Shown in pieces: positions 37,891 through 49,957 of a stretch of 64,000 bases of DNA (positions within the stretch are counted from its first letter, which is position 1; every line of letters starts with the position of its first letter). The stretch is from the NCBI RefSeq assembly GCF_004010195.1, contig NC_057718.1, forward strand, positions 80,238,116 to 80,302,115, in the 5' to 3' direction. The notes below the pieces were generated by a model. That model did no database searches and was not told the origin of the DNA. It saw only the letters and a list, made by a program, of their open reading frames with translations. This DNA is from Chiloscyllium plagiosum. Lineage: Eukaryota. The position numbers and the translations under genes are program-made.

Positions 37891-38404
37891 TGGAAAATTC
37901 CCCTGACTCTATGCTGCTGCACATTTCTTTTGGGATTTTCTAATTCCAGCTGTCTGAGAAACACAGTTCAGTCTCCTTCGGGAAATCCATCAGAGTAAAG
38001 TCTGGGAAAGACAGGAGAGATCCCCTTTTTATCACACAAGCTGTTGTAAAGCACCAGTGCAAATGTTAGCAAATGGATATATGTTAGTGAATGGGTGAGT
38101 GAATGGTTCGGTGGGCAAATTGGGTCAGAGAATGAGGGGTGGTTGAGCCAGGTTGAGGCTGTGGACTAGGTTGTGTGGCAGGGAGAAGAATCAGACTCTG
38201 GGTGGGGAGTAGTCATATCAGGTTGGTGACCAGGTCAGCTGGTTCAGGGGATCAAGGGGCAGTCAGGGTTCGGGGGGGCAGTCAGATTCAAGTGGGTAGT
38301 CAGGTCTGGCCAAGGGTGAAGTGAGAGGTGGAAATGTAGTCAGGTCAGATCAAGAGGATATTTGTGTATTAGGATGCTTGAGGGGTTGGAAGGGTCATCA
38401 GGTC

Positions 38405-39125
38405 AGTAGAGTAGATAAGGTGGTAAAGAAGGCAGACAGCATGCTTGCCTTCATCAGTCACAGCATTGATTACAAAACTTGGCAAGTCATGTTGCAGCTG
38501 TAAAAGACTTTGGTCAAAACACATTTGCAGTTCTGTGTGCAATTTGGTTGCTCCACTGCAGAAAAAAATGTGGATGCTTTGGAGAGGGTGCAGAAGAGAT
38601 TCACCAGGATGTTGAAGACAAAAATAGAAATTGCTAGAAAGGTTTAGCAGGCTTGCAGCATCTACGGAGAGAAATCCGAGTTAATGTTTCAGGTCGAGTG
38701 ACCCTTCGTCAGAATTGGATTAGTGTGTATTAGCTATAACGAAGGTTGGACATACTTAGATTGTTTTCGCGAGAGCATGAGAAGCTGAGGTGAGACCTGA
38801 TAGAAGTTTATAAAATAATGAGAGCCATGGATAGGGTGGATAGGCACACTCTCCCAGGGTAAAAATATTAAATACTAGAAGGTATATGTTTGACGTGAGA
38901 GGGTGAAAGTTTAAAGAAAATGTGCAAGGTAAGTTTTTTTTACACAGAAGGTAGTAGGTGCCTGAAAGCAAATATAATAGCAAAATTGAAGAGGCATTTA
39001 TATAGGCACATGAACAGGCAGAGAAAAGAGGAATACAGACCATGTCTAGAATAGCATCGTGGTCAGCACAGGTGTTGTGGCTCAAAAGGCCCTGTTCCTG
39101 ACCTGTACTGTTCTATGTTCTAGAT
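38405..39125 (+). mobile_element. CR1 3' end with nested Penelope-derived fragment (about 38615-38715)
   Basis: VDKVVKKADSMLAFIS; tail gttctatgttcta. Confidence 0.85.
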
Positions 39126-40234
39126 ACTGCCAGACCGACTGAACTTCTCCAACAATGTCTGTTTTTGCTTCATATTTCCAGCATCTGCAGTTCTTAGTTT
39201 TTTTTGTTTTTTTTTAAAGTTATCGATGCTATTGTGTGAGTTTGTTGGGGCTGTCAGACATTCAGAGTGTTAATTTCAGAAAAGGATTGCTGGCACGGGA
39301 GAAAAGGAGCAGTAAGAAGTGGGAGGCTGACAGAAATCACCTTCCCCCTATTGAAGCTACAAACAACCTAAACCTTTGGAACAGCATGTTTAAAAAGGGT
39401 CAGTAAAAAGACTCACTGCCTTCAAAAGAATGCAGAGAATTTAGGTCAAGAATGAGAGGAAACACATTTGCGTGGGCAAGGAAAACACATTGTATTTCAT
39501 CCTCCCTCTTTACCTTTGCTATGCATCAACTGGTACAATAATCATACATCAGATACACAATGCTTGGCAAAGGTAGAACTACCTTTGATGATAGTTTACT
39601 CTTTCTATTTCCTCATGGTATGACATCAGAGGCTGCATGGGCTACCCTTCCTGTCGCTTCCCATGAACACCTCATTGAGAACTTCATTAACGTATTCCAC
39701 TCAGGCCAGCAGCAGCAATAGGGCCATCCAATCCCATGTGACAAGTGAAGTGGAGCTTCTGAGTGATCTACAGAACACAGGTAGGCAATGATGGACGTAA
39801 TGATCTGAGAGGGACATGGAGTTCTCATCCAAGGACAGCTCAGTCATCTACTTCACAAGTGTCAAGGACAAGTATCCAGCTTACACACAATACAGAGTAC
39901 AGAGTAGGCCATCTGATCCAACCAGTCTATCTAGTGTTTGTGCTCCATTTGAGCTCCCTGCCACCTTTCCCTAGCTCAACCTAACATTGTAAGCATCTAT
40001 TTCCTTCTTCCCCAAATGTTTGTTTACCTTCTCATTAAATGCATCAAAGATTTTTGTTTAACAAACTCCTTATGGAACCAAGTTCTACACCTTTACCAAT
40101 CTTTGTGTAAAGATGCTTATTCTTTTATTATTATTGAATTTTTTTGGTGACTATCTTACACTGATGGTCTCAGGTTGTATTTTCCCACAAGAGGAAACAT
40201 TTTCTTGTATATCTAATCTACAAAACTTTACGTA

Positions 40235-43200
40235 TGTCATGAAGGTGTAGAGGTGTACTGTACTTTTAAGAGAGTTGAAGGACTTAGCAAGCACACAGTG
40301 TGCTGGAGAATTTACAATGTAACATCTGATCCAGCAGCAAGAGTACCTGGGTTGCTATGAGACAAAAAAACATTCAAATTCAGTCAATCAGTTTAAATCA
40401 TGCTTCAAAATACCCCAAACTCCAATCAAGTTTGAATTTGGTATTTTGACAAATATAAATGAAATGATCGAATGCTTTAGGTATAAATATTAAACAAGTT
40501 GAACAGTTGGAGGAGAACTGCCAAAAGACCAACAGATGTAGGCTGCTAGTCAGAACTCTCTGAGAGGTACCTGTCCAGAGAAGGAGTTTGCACATAGAAA
40601 AAAAAATCATCGACACTGACCTGGAGAGCAAACCTACAGAGGAAGGTACAAAGAGAAGATTTGGCAGCTGGCTGGTTTTGAAATTTAAATTTTTCAGTAA
40701 ATCTCAATTGGGGGTTTTATTGGACTAGTATTGTAGAGAGGAAGGTAAAAGACAGGTTAGAGAAAGGTATTGCAAATAGTTGTTAACTAATTATTCTCTG
40801 TTAGACTTTAAAAAACAAAGTTATAAATTTTACTTTAAATAGTGACTGTTGGAGATAGTTCTTGGCCTCGAATTTTCACAGATTACTGCACAGGGTAAAT
40901 CATTTCTGTGTTGCTGGTTAAATTAGCAGGGGGGGGGGTACCCCATGTCTTACCAATTTGGGGGGCTTGTCTAGGATTTGAACTGGTTTAGATAGATTTG
41001 AGGGTATGAAAAATCTCAGCAGATTTAAACACTTGCAGATTAGTGTCCTAGATCTTTCAATAAAACAGAGGTGAGACAATTTGTTTAATTTTGATGATTT
41101 CTGTTGATTAAATTAAAAGTGAGAGAAATGCCTCTTAAAATTGCTAAAGGGGTTCTGGGATTGGAACATGATTTTCAAATTTGTCAAGAAAGTTTCGAAG
41201 GAAAGAAAAAGGCCCCACTTTTAGAATTAGCAAATGCTAGATTTGGCTTTAACCAAGGACAAAAGTAAAACTGAAATTGTAAGGGAATTACTCAAACACT
41301 TAGGTGTCAGAGAAACAGATAAGTGAAGTAGAGGTAGAAAACCTTAAATCACAATTGAGGAAAATGGAGTTAGAAGATAAACAGAGAGAGAGAGAAAAGA
41401 GAGGGAGAAGAAAAACAAAGAGAGAAAGAAAAAAGGGGGAGAGAAAGAGAAGGAGAGAGAGGGGAGAGAGAGAGAGAGAGAAGGTTCTTAGCTCAGCAAA
41501 GAGAAAGATACGAAAGTGAGAAAGAAGGAGAGAGAGGAAAAAGAAAGAGAAGGTTCTTAGCTGAGCAAAAAGAGAGGGAATTTGAACTTGAGAAGTTGCA
41601 ACTTAGTCAGCAAAGACAAGTTAACAGCATGGAGATTAAAAGAGAAGGTAGTGATATATACAAATACGTCAAACCTCTGCGACGTTTTGATGATAAAGAT
41701 GTTGAAGCCTTGTTTATTTCATTTGAAAAACTGGCTAGGCAGGTGGAGTGGTCCAAGGATTTATGGGTAACGCCAGTTCAGACTGAACTGGTAGGCAGAG
41801 CTAGCGAGGTATTGCAACACTGTCAGATGAGGGGTCAAGAGATTTTAAAGAGGTGAAACAGGCTATTTTAAGTGCTTATGAATTGGTACCAGAAGCGCAT
41901 AGACAGCAGTTCAGAAACATAAAGAAGGAAGCAGGTCAAACTTTTACTGAGTTCGAAAAAATTAAACAGAGTCATTTTGATAGCTGGGTTGTGCTTGAAA
42001 AATAGATAAGACATTTGAGGCTCTACGAGAGATTATTCTGGCGGAGGACTTTAAACACTCACGTTCAGAGATGGTAAGAATTCACGTGGAGGAAAAGAAA
42101 GTTCAGGAAGTGAGACGGGCATCAGAATTGGCAAATGAACACATGTTGATGCGTAAGACAAGCTTCCGGCAAGAATTTTGTCCTGTAAGGGATAAAAGTT
42201 GGGAGAAGGCGAGATCCTACACTACAAAACAAAAAGTAGAGAATACTGGTAAGAGTTTATCACAAGTTAAAAAAGAAGCCCAAGAGGGTTGAAAGGAGGT
42301 GAAAGGCCTCAAGTGTTTCCACTGTGGTAAAGTGAGACATGTAAAGTTACAGTGCAGGTTATTAAAGAAAGGCAGTGTGGGAAAAGATGTGGTAAAAGAA
42401 GCTAAGCCAGTGGCATTAGTGAAGGTAGTAAAGGAGACCCCAAGAAGAACCAAGGAGCTGCCGAAGTGTGCACAGCCTAGGCAGTGGCTGGTTATGGAGT
42501 TAGTGTCTGATCTCTATAAAGAATTCACCTCTGTGGGTAAAGTTTACTCAGAAAGAACAGGGGGAGAAGGACAAGAAGTTATAATTTTGAGAGATATAGG
42601 ATCAAACCGGTCGCTGATAGTGAGAGATGAGCGAATATGCACTCTTTCTGATCTGTTACCCGAGAGTGTGGCAATTTGTGGGATAGATGGATAGAAATTT
42701 AACGTTTCCCCTATGTAAGATCAGGTTGGACTGCCAACTCAAGACAGGGCAAGTAACAGTGGGAGTGATTGACAGAGTGTCAGTTCCAGGAATTCAGTTT
42801 GTTCTTGGGAATGATTTGGCAAGATCCAAGGTGGGAGTGACACATCTTGCTGTGGAGAAGCCCAAGGAAGCCCAAAAAACTGAGGGGTTTATACAGAAAT
42901 ATCCTGGTATTTTCCCAGACTGTGTAGTAACGAGATCCTACTGTCATAAGTCACAGCATGAAGCAAAAAGTAAAGAGAAAGATGAAGGAGTTGAGTTAGC
43001 AGATACCTTGTTTGATGTAATGGTGTAGGAAAAACTTGAACAGGCAGAAAGTCGGACAGAAATGTTTAGTCTGGAAAGGCTAAGGGTCTTGCAACAGCAA
43101 GACAAGACAATAAAAGATATATATGTGGATGCATACTCTGAAAAGGAGGCAGAGAATATCCCAGAGGGTTATCTGAAAGATAGAATCCTAAGACGGAAAT

Positions 43201-44190
43201 GGAGACCATGGCAAGTTAGCGCAGAGGAGAAATGGGCTGAAGTGCACAAGATTGTATTACTGGTAGCATACAGACAGAAGGTGGTACAAAGTCACCTAGG
43301 GGTGTGAAAGACTCAGGCTAAGGTACAAAAACATTTTTATTGGCCTGGACTGCACAAGGATGTGGTTACCTTTTACCATACATGTCATACATACCAAATG
43401 ATAGGTAAGTCACAGGCGGTAACAAAACCAACATCTTTGTTGCCAATTCCCACATTTGAAGAACCTTTCACGCGGGTTCTGATTGATTGTGTAGGTTCCC
43501 TCCCAAGAACTAAAAGTGAGAACCAGTACTTGTTAACCATAATGAATGTGTCTACCAGATTTCTGGAGGCAATTCCATTATGGAGTTTCAAGGCAAAAAG
43601 GGTATTAGAGGAGTTAGTAGTTTTCTTCATGTGGTATGGGCTACACAGAGAAATTCAGTCGTACCAAGGATCAAATTTTACTGTTAGTCTGTTTAAAGAA
43701 GTTATGGATAGCCTAGGTATACAGCACTTTAAATCCAGTGCGTATCATCCTAAATCCCCGGGAGCTTTAGAAAGGTGGCATCAGACCTTGAAGACCATGT
43801 TGAGAGCATACTGTCAGGATTACCCAATGATTTGGATAAAAGTATCTCATTTGTATTTGCCATTAGAGATGCTTCAAATGAATCTACTCAGTTCACTCTC
43901 TTTGAGTTAATATTCGGGCTTGAAGTGAGAGGCCCCTTGAAATTAATTAAAGAAAAATTAAAAGGACCAAAGTCAGAGATCTCACACTTAGATTATGTAT
44001 CTGAGGTGAGGGAAAGTTTAAATCAAATTGGTGAGTTAGCTAAACAGCACCTGAAAAGGCCACAGCATAGAATGAAACAGGTAGTAGATAAAAGCTCTAA
44101 GACTTGGATGTTTTCCCGAGGGGATGACGTGCTAGTACTGTTACCAGTGATAGAAGATCCCTTCAAAGCCAGGTTTAGTGGTTCCTTTCA
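40235..44190 (+). mobile_element. 3'-truncated Gypsy LTR retrotransposon of Gmr1 type (LTR, PBS, gag, PR, IN)
   Basis: LTR 40235-40955 (TG...CA); gag from ATG 41128 with FISFEKLARQVEW and zinc knuckle CFHCGKVRHVKLQC; protease ILRDIGS at about 42590; integrase HLG...HFYWPGL, IDCVGSLP, QGSNFT, LERWHQTLK; no RT between PR and IN; stops and frameshifts. Confidence 0.92.
40959..40977 (+). promoter_or_regulatory. Primer-binding site, tRNA-Pro type
   Basis: TGGGGGGCTTGTCTAGGAT just after the LTR end versus tRNA-Pro PBS TGGGGGCTCGTCCGGGAT. Confidence 0.8.
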
Positions 44191-44199
44191 AATTCACTT

Positions 44200-45330
44200 A
44201 CATTACCAATCATCTTAACTTTGCAACAGTTGATGTTAGTCAGAGCGAGTATGCACATGAGTTTGTGGTTTTGATTGATTTCCCAAATGTGCAGAATGTC
44301 ATTGACTACAAACACCCTCAGGTAACCCAAGAGTATTTATATCCGTAAAAAACTCTAATCCATCAATGTGCAGCTAGCATGCAACTGTAAAAATATGCTT
44401 TTGCAAATATGCACAAGATAGTCAGCCACCAATGTGCTTGCATCTTGAAGCTGTTGTTATGGACTAGGCCAGACCCCCAAAACTTTTTAAGAAGGTAGTC
44501 CAGAACCAAATGTTTCTAGTTGTTTTTAGCAGATGTAAGATGAATATTCCAGGAGTGACACAGCTGGTCAAACCACTCAGTTGTAAACAAAACAGAATTT
44601 ACTTACACATGAACAAAAGAAAACCAAATTTAGAATAACATAACTATTTGAAAATCCAACCAATATGAAAATGCAACTTAACAAAGAGCTGTCCTGATTT
44701 CCTGCAATGTCCCATAAACACACCCCTTGGCAAAGTAGTAAATTCAAACACAGGTTCTTACAGGAGACAAATGTCAGAGAGAGAAAGAGAGAGAGAGAGG
44801 ATCAGCATTGAGCTGTTTTTTTGGGTCCCCACCAAAACAAAACCCAAAACTAGAAAAAAACTTCAACTGGAAGAACCCTTTCATTGTACAAGTATTTAAA
44901 AAAAACTTTAAGCCTTTTCTGATTGTTGACTTAGGCAGCGCGTGTAGCCAATATTAAAGTAGTCAGCTCAGACATTTCGGCACCTCTGCCTTTATGACAC
45001 CTCTCAAGGATCGAATAACCTTTTTAAAGGAGCAGCATCGTCACACTGCCCAATCTTGATTATTTCACCACAGGAGTAATTGCTCAGCCACAATGGGAAC
45101 CACTTAGTATTTAGCTGATAACACTTAATTAAAACTAAAGATATAACACTCAAGAACCATACAATCAATGTTTTATTGCCATCAGATATGTCATTGAACA
45201 AGTCATGAGAATGCTGAAGATGCACTTCAGGTGTTCTAACGCATCTAGGGATCCTTTCCCACCAACCAGAGTGTCCAGAATGGTCAACATAACATGTGGT
45301 CTGCACAACATTGTGCAGAGTGAGGTATGG
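44200..45330 (+). mobile_element. Harbinger/PIF transposase fossil split by a solo LTR
   Basis: DFPNVQNVIDYKH, SINVQLAC, then VIEQVMRMLKMHFRC...RVSRMVNITCGLHNI. Confidence 0.8.
44455..45045. mobile_element. Solo LTR
   Basis: TGTTAT...GTCACA termini, 4-bp TSD CTGT/CTGC, interrupts transposase frame. Confidence 0.75.
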
Positions 45331-46509
45331 GCTGGCAGGAGGACTAAGACATAGAGCATGGATTCTGTTTGGATGGTTCAAACATGTCGGAGAAAGAAGA
45401 AAAAAAGTGGGAGGAACAAGGTGGTGATGGCAATGCACCACCAGCTGAGCACACTGCTGCACAGAAAGCCTTAATTATTGTAAGGTTCATTTAAGTTTTA
45501 TAATGGGACCTTTCCGTAACTGAAAACATTCCATTCTTACTCCCATGCCATAGAACCAAAACAACCACGCAAACCCCTGTCATATTCCCTATCAGCTATT
45601 ATCAATTTATGTTCTCTTACTCATATCAATCAATGAAAAAGCCCATGCCAGCCAGCAACCAAGATTAAGAATGCTCGGGTTAGGATATTCATACAATGTC
45701 TAAGATGCTCATGTGTTCCATGCTGTTGTGCAACTACAGATCTATAATCTTGGTTTTCCCAGTTTCAATGCATGTGGCTTCAGCAGATGTAAAGAGAGAA
45801 AAAAAAACTGCAGATGCTGGAATCCAAAGTAGGCAGGCAGGGAATCTGGAAGAACACAGCAAGCTAGGCAGCATAAGGAGGTGAAGAAATTGATGTTTCA
45901 GGTGTAACCCTTCTTCAACCTTTCTTCAGAAGAGTTACACCCGAAATGTTGGCTTCTCCACTTCCTGATGTTGCTTGACTTGCTGTGTTCTTCCAGCCTC
46001 CTGTCTATCTACTCAGCAGATGTAATAACAGGCTCTATACCACTCCAGCTTTGATTGTTGTGTTGACTTTGGCTGATGTTCACTGGGTTTTGGAGCCTAT
46101 AAGAACCCTGACAAAGACTATTGCAGGGGCAGACTCAGCTACCACAAAGCAGCATCTCAGGTAATGACTACAATCACCATCTATCACCATAGCACTCTTA
46201 TGGCTAAGTCGACTTTACTGCTGCCAATATGCAGGACAACACTTTGTTGCGGATCAATGAGGTGGTGAAAGGCCTCAGATGGATTCCTATTTAAGTTAGC
46301 ATCTAGAGTCTGCAAAGCCTTGCTCATGGCCTGCACAAATTAGTATAATTGCCTTACTTAACATTCTATGTAGGTGGCCAGTCTATCCATACATAGACTG
46401 GCCACCTTGCCAGTTTGCATTTTGCAGTGCCGATTTGCAGATGCTGGTGTTGGACTGGGGTGTACAAAGTTAAAAATCACACAACACCCGGTTTTAGTCC
46501 AACAGCAGT

Positions 46510-48751
46510 GCCATGCAACATCAAACCACTCATGCTTGAAGTAGATTTCTCTTATTTCTCTGCAACTGTGAATTAATGTGCTGTAAGACATATCAATAAC
46601 CACACAGTCTCTGTTCCTGCTCAATTATTATTCTCTTCTTATAAAGGTTTACAAAATCATAAGGGGTACAGACAGGGTAAATAGACAAGGTCTTTTCCCT
46701 GGGATGGGAAAGTACATAACTAGAGGGCATAGTTTGAGGTGAGAGGGGAAAGATTTAGAAGGAGCCTATGGGCAACTTTATCCCACAGAGTGCATGTATG
46801 GAATGAACTGCCAGAGGAAGTGGTGGAGACTGGTATCATTACAACATATAAAAAGCATCTGGATGGGTATATGAATAGGAAGAGTTTAGAGGGATATGGG
46901 CGAGGTGCTGGCATATGAGATTAGATTACATTCGGAAATGGATGAGTTAGAACGAAGGGTCTGTTTCCATGCTATACATCTCTATGACTTTATGATGATT
47001 CACAGCGTTGCACAGCCTCTCTGTCCAGTCGAGCAGAGATGGAATGGAGGTGTGCCTTCCAAACTGGATTCTCCTTCAGTGTCTCTGCCATAACCAGCTG
47101 CTCATATTTACTTGTGAAATGTGAGTCACCAGGCAAAAACTTAAATATCTCTCATTCTCCTGAGAAAGCATCTGAGTTGATGTACGATCTGAAAGATTCT
47201 TGTGACAGTGTACCCTCAGAATAATTGGGCTCTTGTGAGGAATCACTGTCCATGACCTCCAATAGCTTTTGCTGCATGCTTGAAGATCCCATGGGAGATT
47301 AAAAAACATTAATGGGTACTGTCAAGATGAAAATTTGAATGTTGTCATTACAAAGATTGATCATATTTAATTCGCTGTTTAAATCAAGTCAACTTGACTG
47401 TATGACATGTAAGTTGCTGTAATCAACTGGGCCATCAAGTATTTGGAAACTCTCCATCTCTCATAGTCTGCCACACACTCTTCCAATGTGCTTTTAAGTT
47501 GTTACATGTATTAAAGGGCCATCTCTTGTTCTCTGCCTCTCCATAGCGTTTTGTGCTATCTTCTCCTGCAAGAGAGGAAAATTATATCTTTAAAACCATA
47601 TAATGGCATATGCTCAGCTTGTGGACAGAGTGCATTTGATGAAGATGAGTATAAGGAAGAGCATAAGACTGTAAAAGTATGTAGGTGAGCAGAAGATATT
47701 GGAAGAATACTTGGGAATGTGAGCATAGAAGGACGAAGAATGTCGTCCTTTTAAGGTGGCTGTGAGGTGTAGTGAAAATGGGCTTAAAAAGGGAGAACAA
47801 AAATTTGGGAGGATGCAGACAGAAGGATCAAAGTGAATGTGCACTTAAACTTACTTGCCTGACCTGGTGAAGCCATTAAAGTGCTTTCTCCTCTGATTCT
47901 AAAAAAGAGTGACTACTGCATTTTCTGCACTAAATCCAAGAATATGGCTCTATGTATATGTTGTTGACTCCCTGCACCACTCCAATCACACATTTTTTGG
48001 ATCAGCAGTAGGAGTCCTCCTCCATTGTCTGGGTATAAGTTATCTTAAACTGCCTGTCACTTCAACATCACAGGAGGTGTCGTTAATGTAAGGCACAGCC
48101 TTTGAGCATCCTGAGCCAGTAGTGATGCTTCTTCCCTTGTTCTGCAAGTTGTGTCTTTGTGTTAGTCCTAATGGAGTTGAATTGGTGTGTTATGCGTTCT
48201 TTTCATGCATCATGCAGCTGATGAAACAGATCTCTGGAAGTAAAGTGGCAATGAGGCGTCTGTGCTAAAGAAACACTGACACTAAACATTCAGTTATGAC
48301 CTGATCAAGAAGAGGAAGGGGTGGATGGATTTACCAATCCAATGTATATATTTATGCACTTAATTGGTTATGTGCTAAGAAATAGTCAGTTAAGTTTGAT
48401 TCTGATTTTTAGCAAAGAGGTCAACTTTATTGTTCTGAAACTGACGTGGGGAAAACATTAAAAGATTAATATAAGTTCCAAAATCCAAATCCACATGCCA
48501 AATTCTAAATCATAAAAGATAAAAGGGTCAGTTCACACTTTGTGGCTGATATCCTGGGTCCCCACTGAAATGATGTTTCAACACCTCGGTGGAATGTCTT
48601 TATTCCTCTTGAAGATATTGCTATACAAATTCAGAAGATTTCCAGTAGAATTCTCTGCTTGCTTGCAACGATGTAGACAAAGCTCAAGACTGAGTGAGAG
48701 CAAATATTCCTCATTCCTGCTGTTCTATTCTCTGACAGCTGAAATCCAAAT
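46510..48751 (-). pseudogene. Unidentified decayed multi-exon gene (exons about 48539-48751, 47855-47898, 47400-47565, 46998-47188 plus 46510-46640)
   Basis: Four good pyrimidine-tract acceptors and a CAA|GTAAGT donor; protein-like frames with stops: LDFSCQRIEQQE*GIFALTQS*ALSTSLQASREFYWKSSEF, SEEKAL*WLHQVRQ, EIFKFLPGDSHFTSKYEQLVMAETLKENPVWKAHLHSISARLDREAVQRCE. Confidence 0.5.
46640..46997 (+). mobile_element. CR1 3' end
   Basis: Similar to 9510-9890. Confidence 0.88.
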
Positions 48752-49816
48752 CTGCAAACAAAACATGATTGATCACATGGCTTTTCACTAATTGCCATCA
48801 GAGATTCAAAAATTTATTAGATATTCCAAAAGATGGTTTTCATTAGTTTGCATTTGCACTTGTTCTTCGCCATGGTTTCACGACCCCAGGTGATTCCACT
48901 ATTGCCTACTCTGATTCTCCATTTTTTATCAGGTAAGAAAGGAAGTTGTTTGCATGCTTGAGGAGTTATTGTTCCTGGTGGTCATCCTAGTTCCTGTATT
49001 TCCATGGAATGTAAATGGCTTAGAGAAATAAAAATTGGCAGCCATTTTAATGTTGAGAGTGTGTTGCTGGAAAGGCACAGCAGGTGAGGCAGCATCCGAG
49101 GAGCAGGAGAATAGTTGTTTCGGGCAAGGGCCTTTCATCAGAAAAGAGCCATTTTAATATTACTGTGTTGTTCTATCATTGTTTCAGTGAATTGTCATTT
49201 TTTAAAAAGAAAATCCAAAATGTTAATCCATCTTCATGACAGTACATCTGGGTGTTGTGTGCAATATTGCTGCCTCCCCTCCTCTAAGAACATCTCCCAA
49301 GAAAAACAGAGGCAAAGGTCTTGGTTCAGAGAAATCAAATCAAGACACCAGAAAAGAAATTATGCAAGATGAAATAGATAAGAAGGATTGTAATCAGAAT
49401 TTAGAGCATTACAGCAAGGAGAGAAACATAAATGAAAATCCAGATAATCAAAATATAGCATATATGCCAAATAATTTACTAGTTATATAATCGGGGCTCT
49501 TTTATAAGCAACCTGTTCAGACATGTTATAACACATCTCTGAACCAGTTGGAATTTGAACCTGGGCTCCCCAAGAATCCAGATCATGTTTTTTTTTGCAA
49601 TCATGTCTATAAGTATTCTTACATACAACTGAATGGGATGTTTTCCCATCATGAAATCATCCAGAGTATTTTTATGACTAATAACCACCACCAGTAAATC
49701 ACCCATGTTTTCTAATTGATTAATCCATGCACACAGCCTTTTAGGTCAATGCAGACCATTACAGATAGGGAGAGGGAGCTCTGGCTAAAACAAAATTGAG
49801 TTGGAAGGGGCAGACT

Positions 49817-49849
49817 GGGGGGGGGGGGGGGGGTGGGGGGGGGGGGGGG
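49817..49849 (+). repeat. Poly-G tract
   Basis: About 32 G interrupted by one T. Confidence 0.9.
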
Positions 49850-49957
49850 TTTGGAGGAGGAGTTAAGATCCCTCAGGATATCCGAGACATCTGAGATCCA
49901 ATTAGCTTTATACAGGTAAGATGCCTTGCAGAGAATTTCACTGTTTTTCTGAAACTA

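Noticed and set aside
41380..41580. GA-rich repeat as a standalone microsatellite or gene
   Set aside because: Lies inside Gypsy gag and corresponds to its charged E/R/K-rich segment.
48889..49490. Possible plus-strand exons (48889-48931 with CAG|GTAAGA; ORF 49236-49490)
   Set aside because: No recognisable product and no further supporting exons; A-rich composition can explain the ORF.
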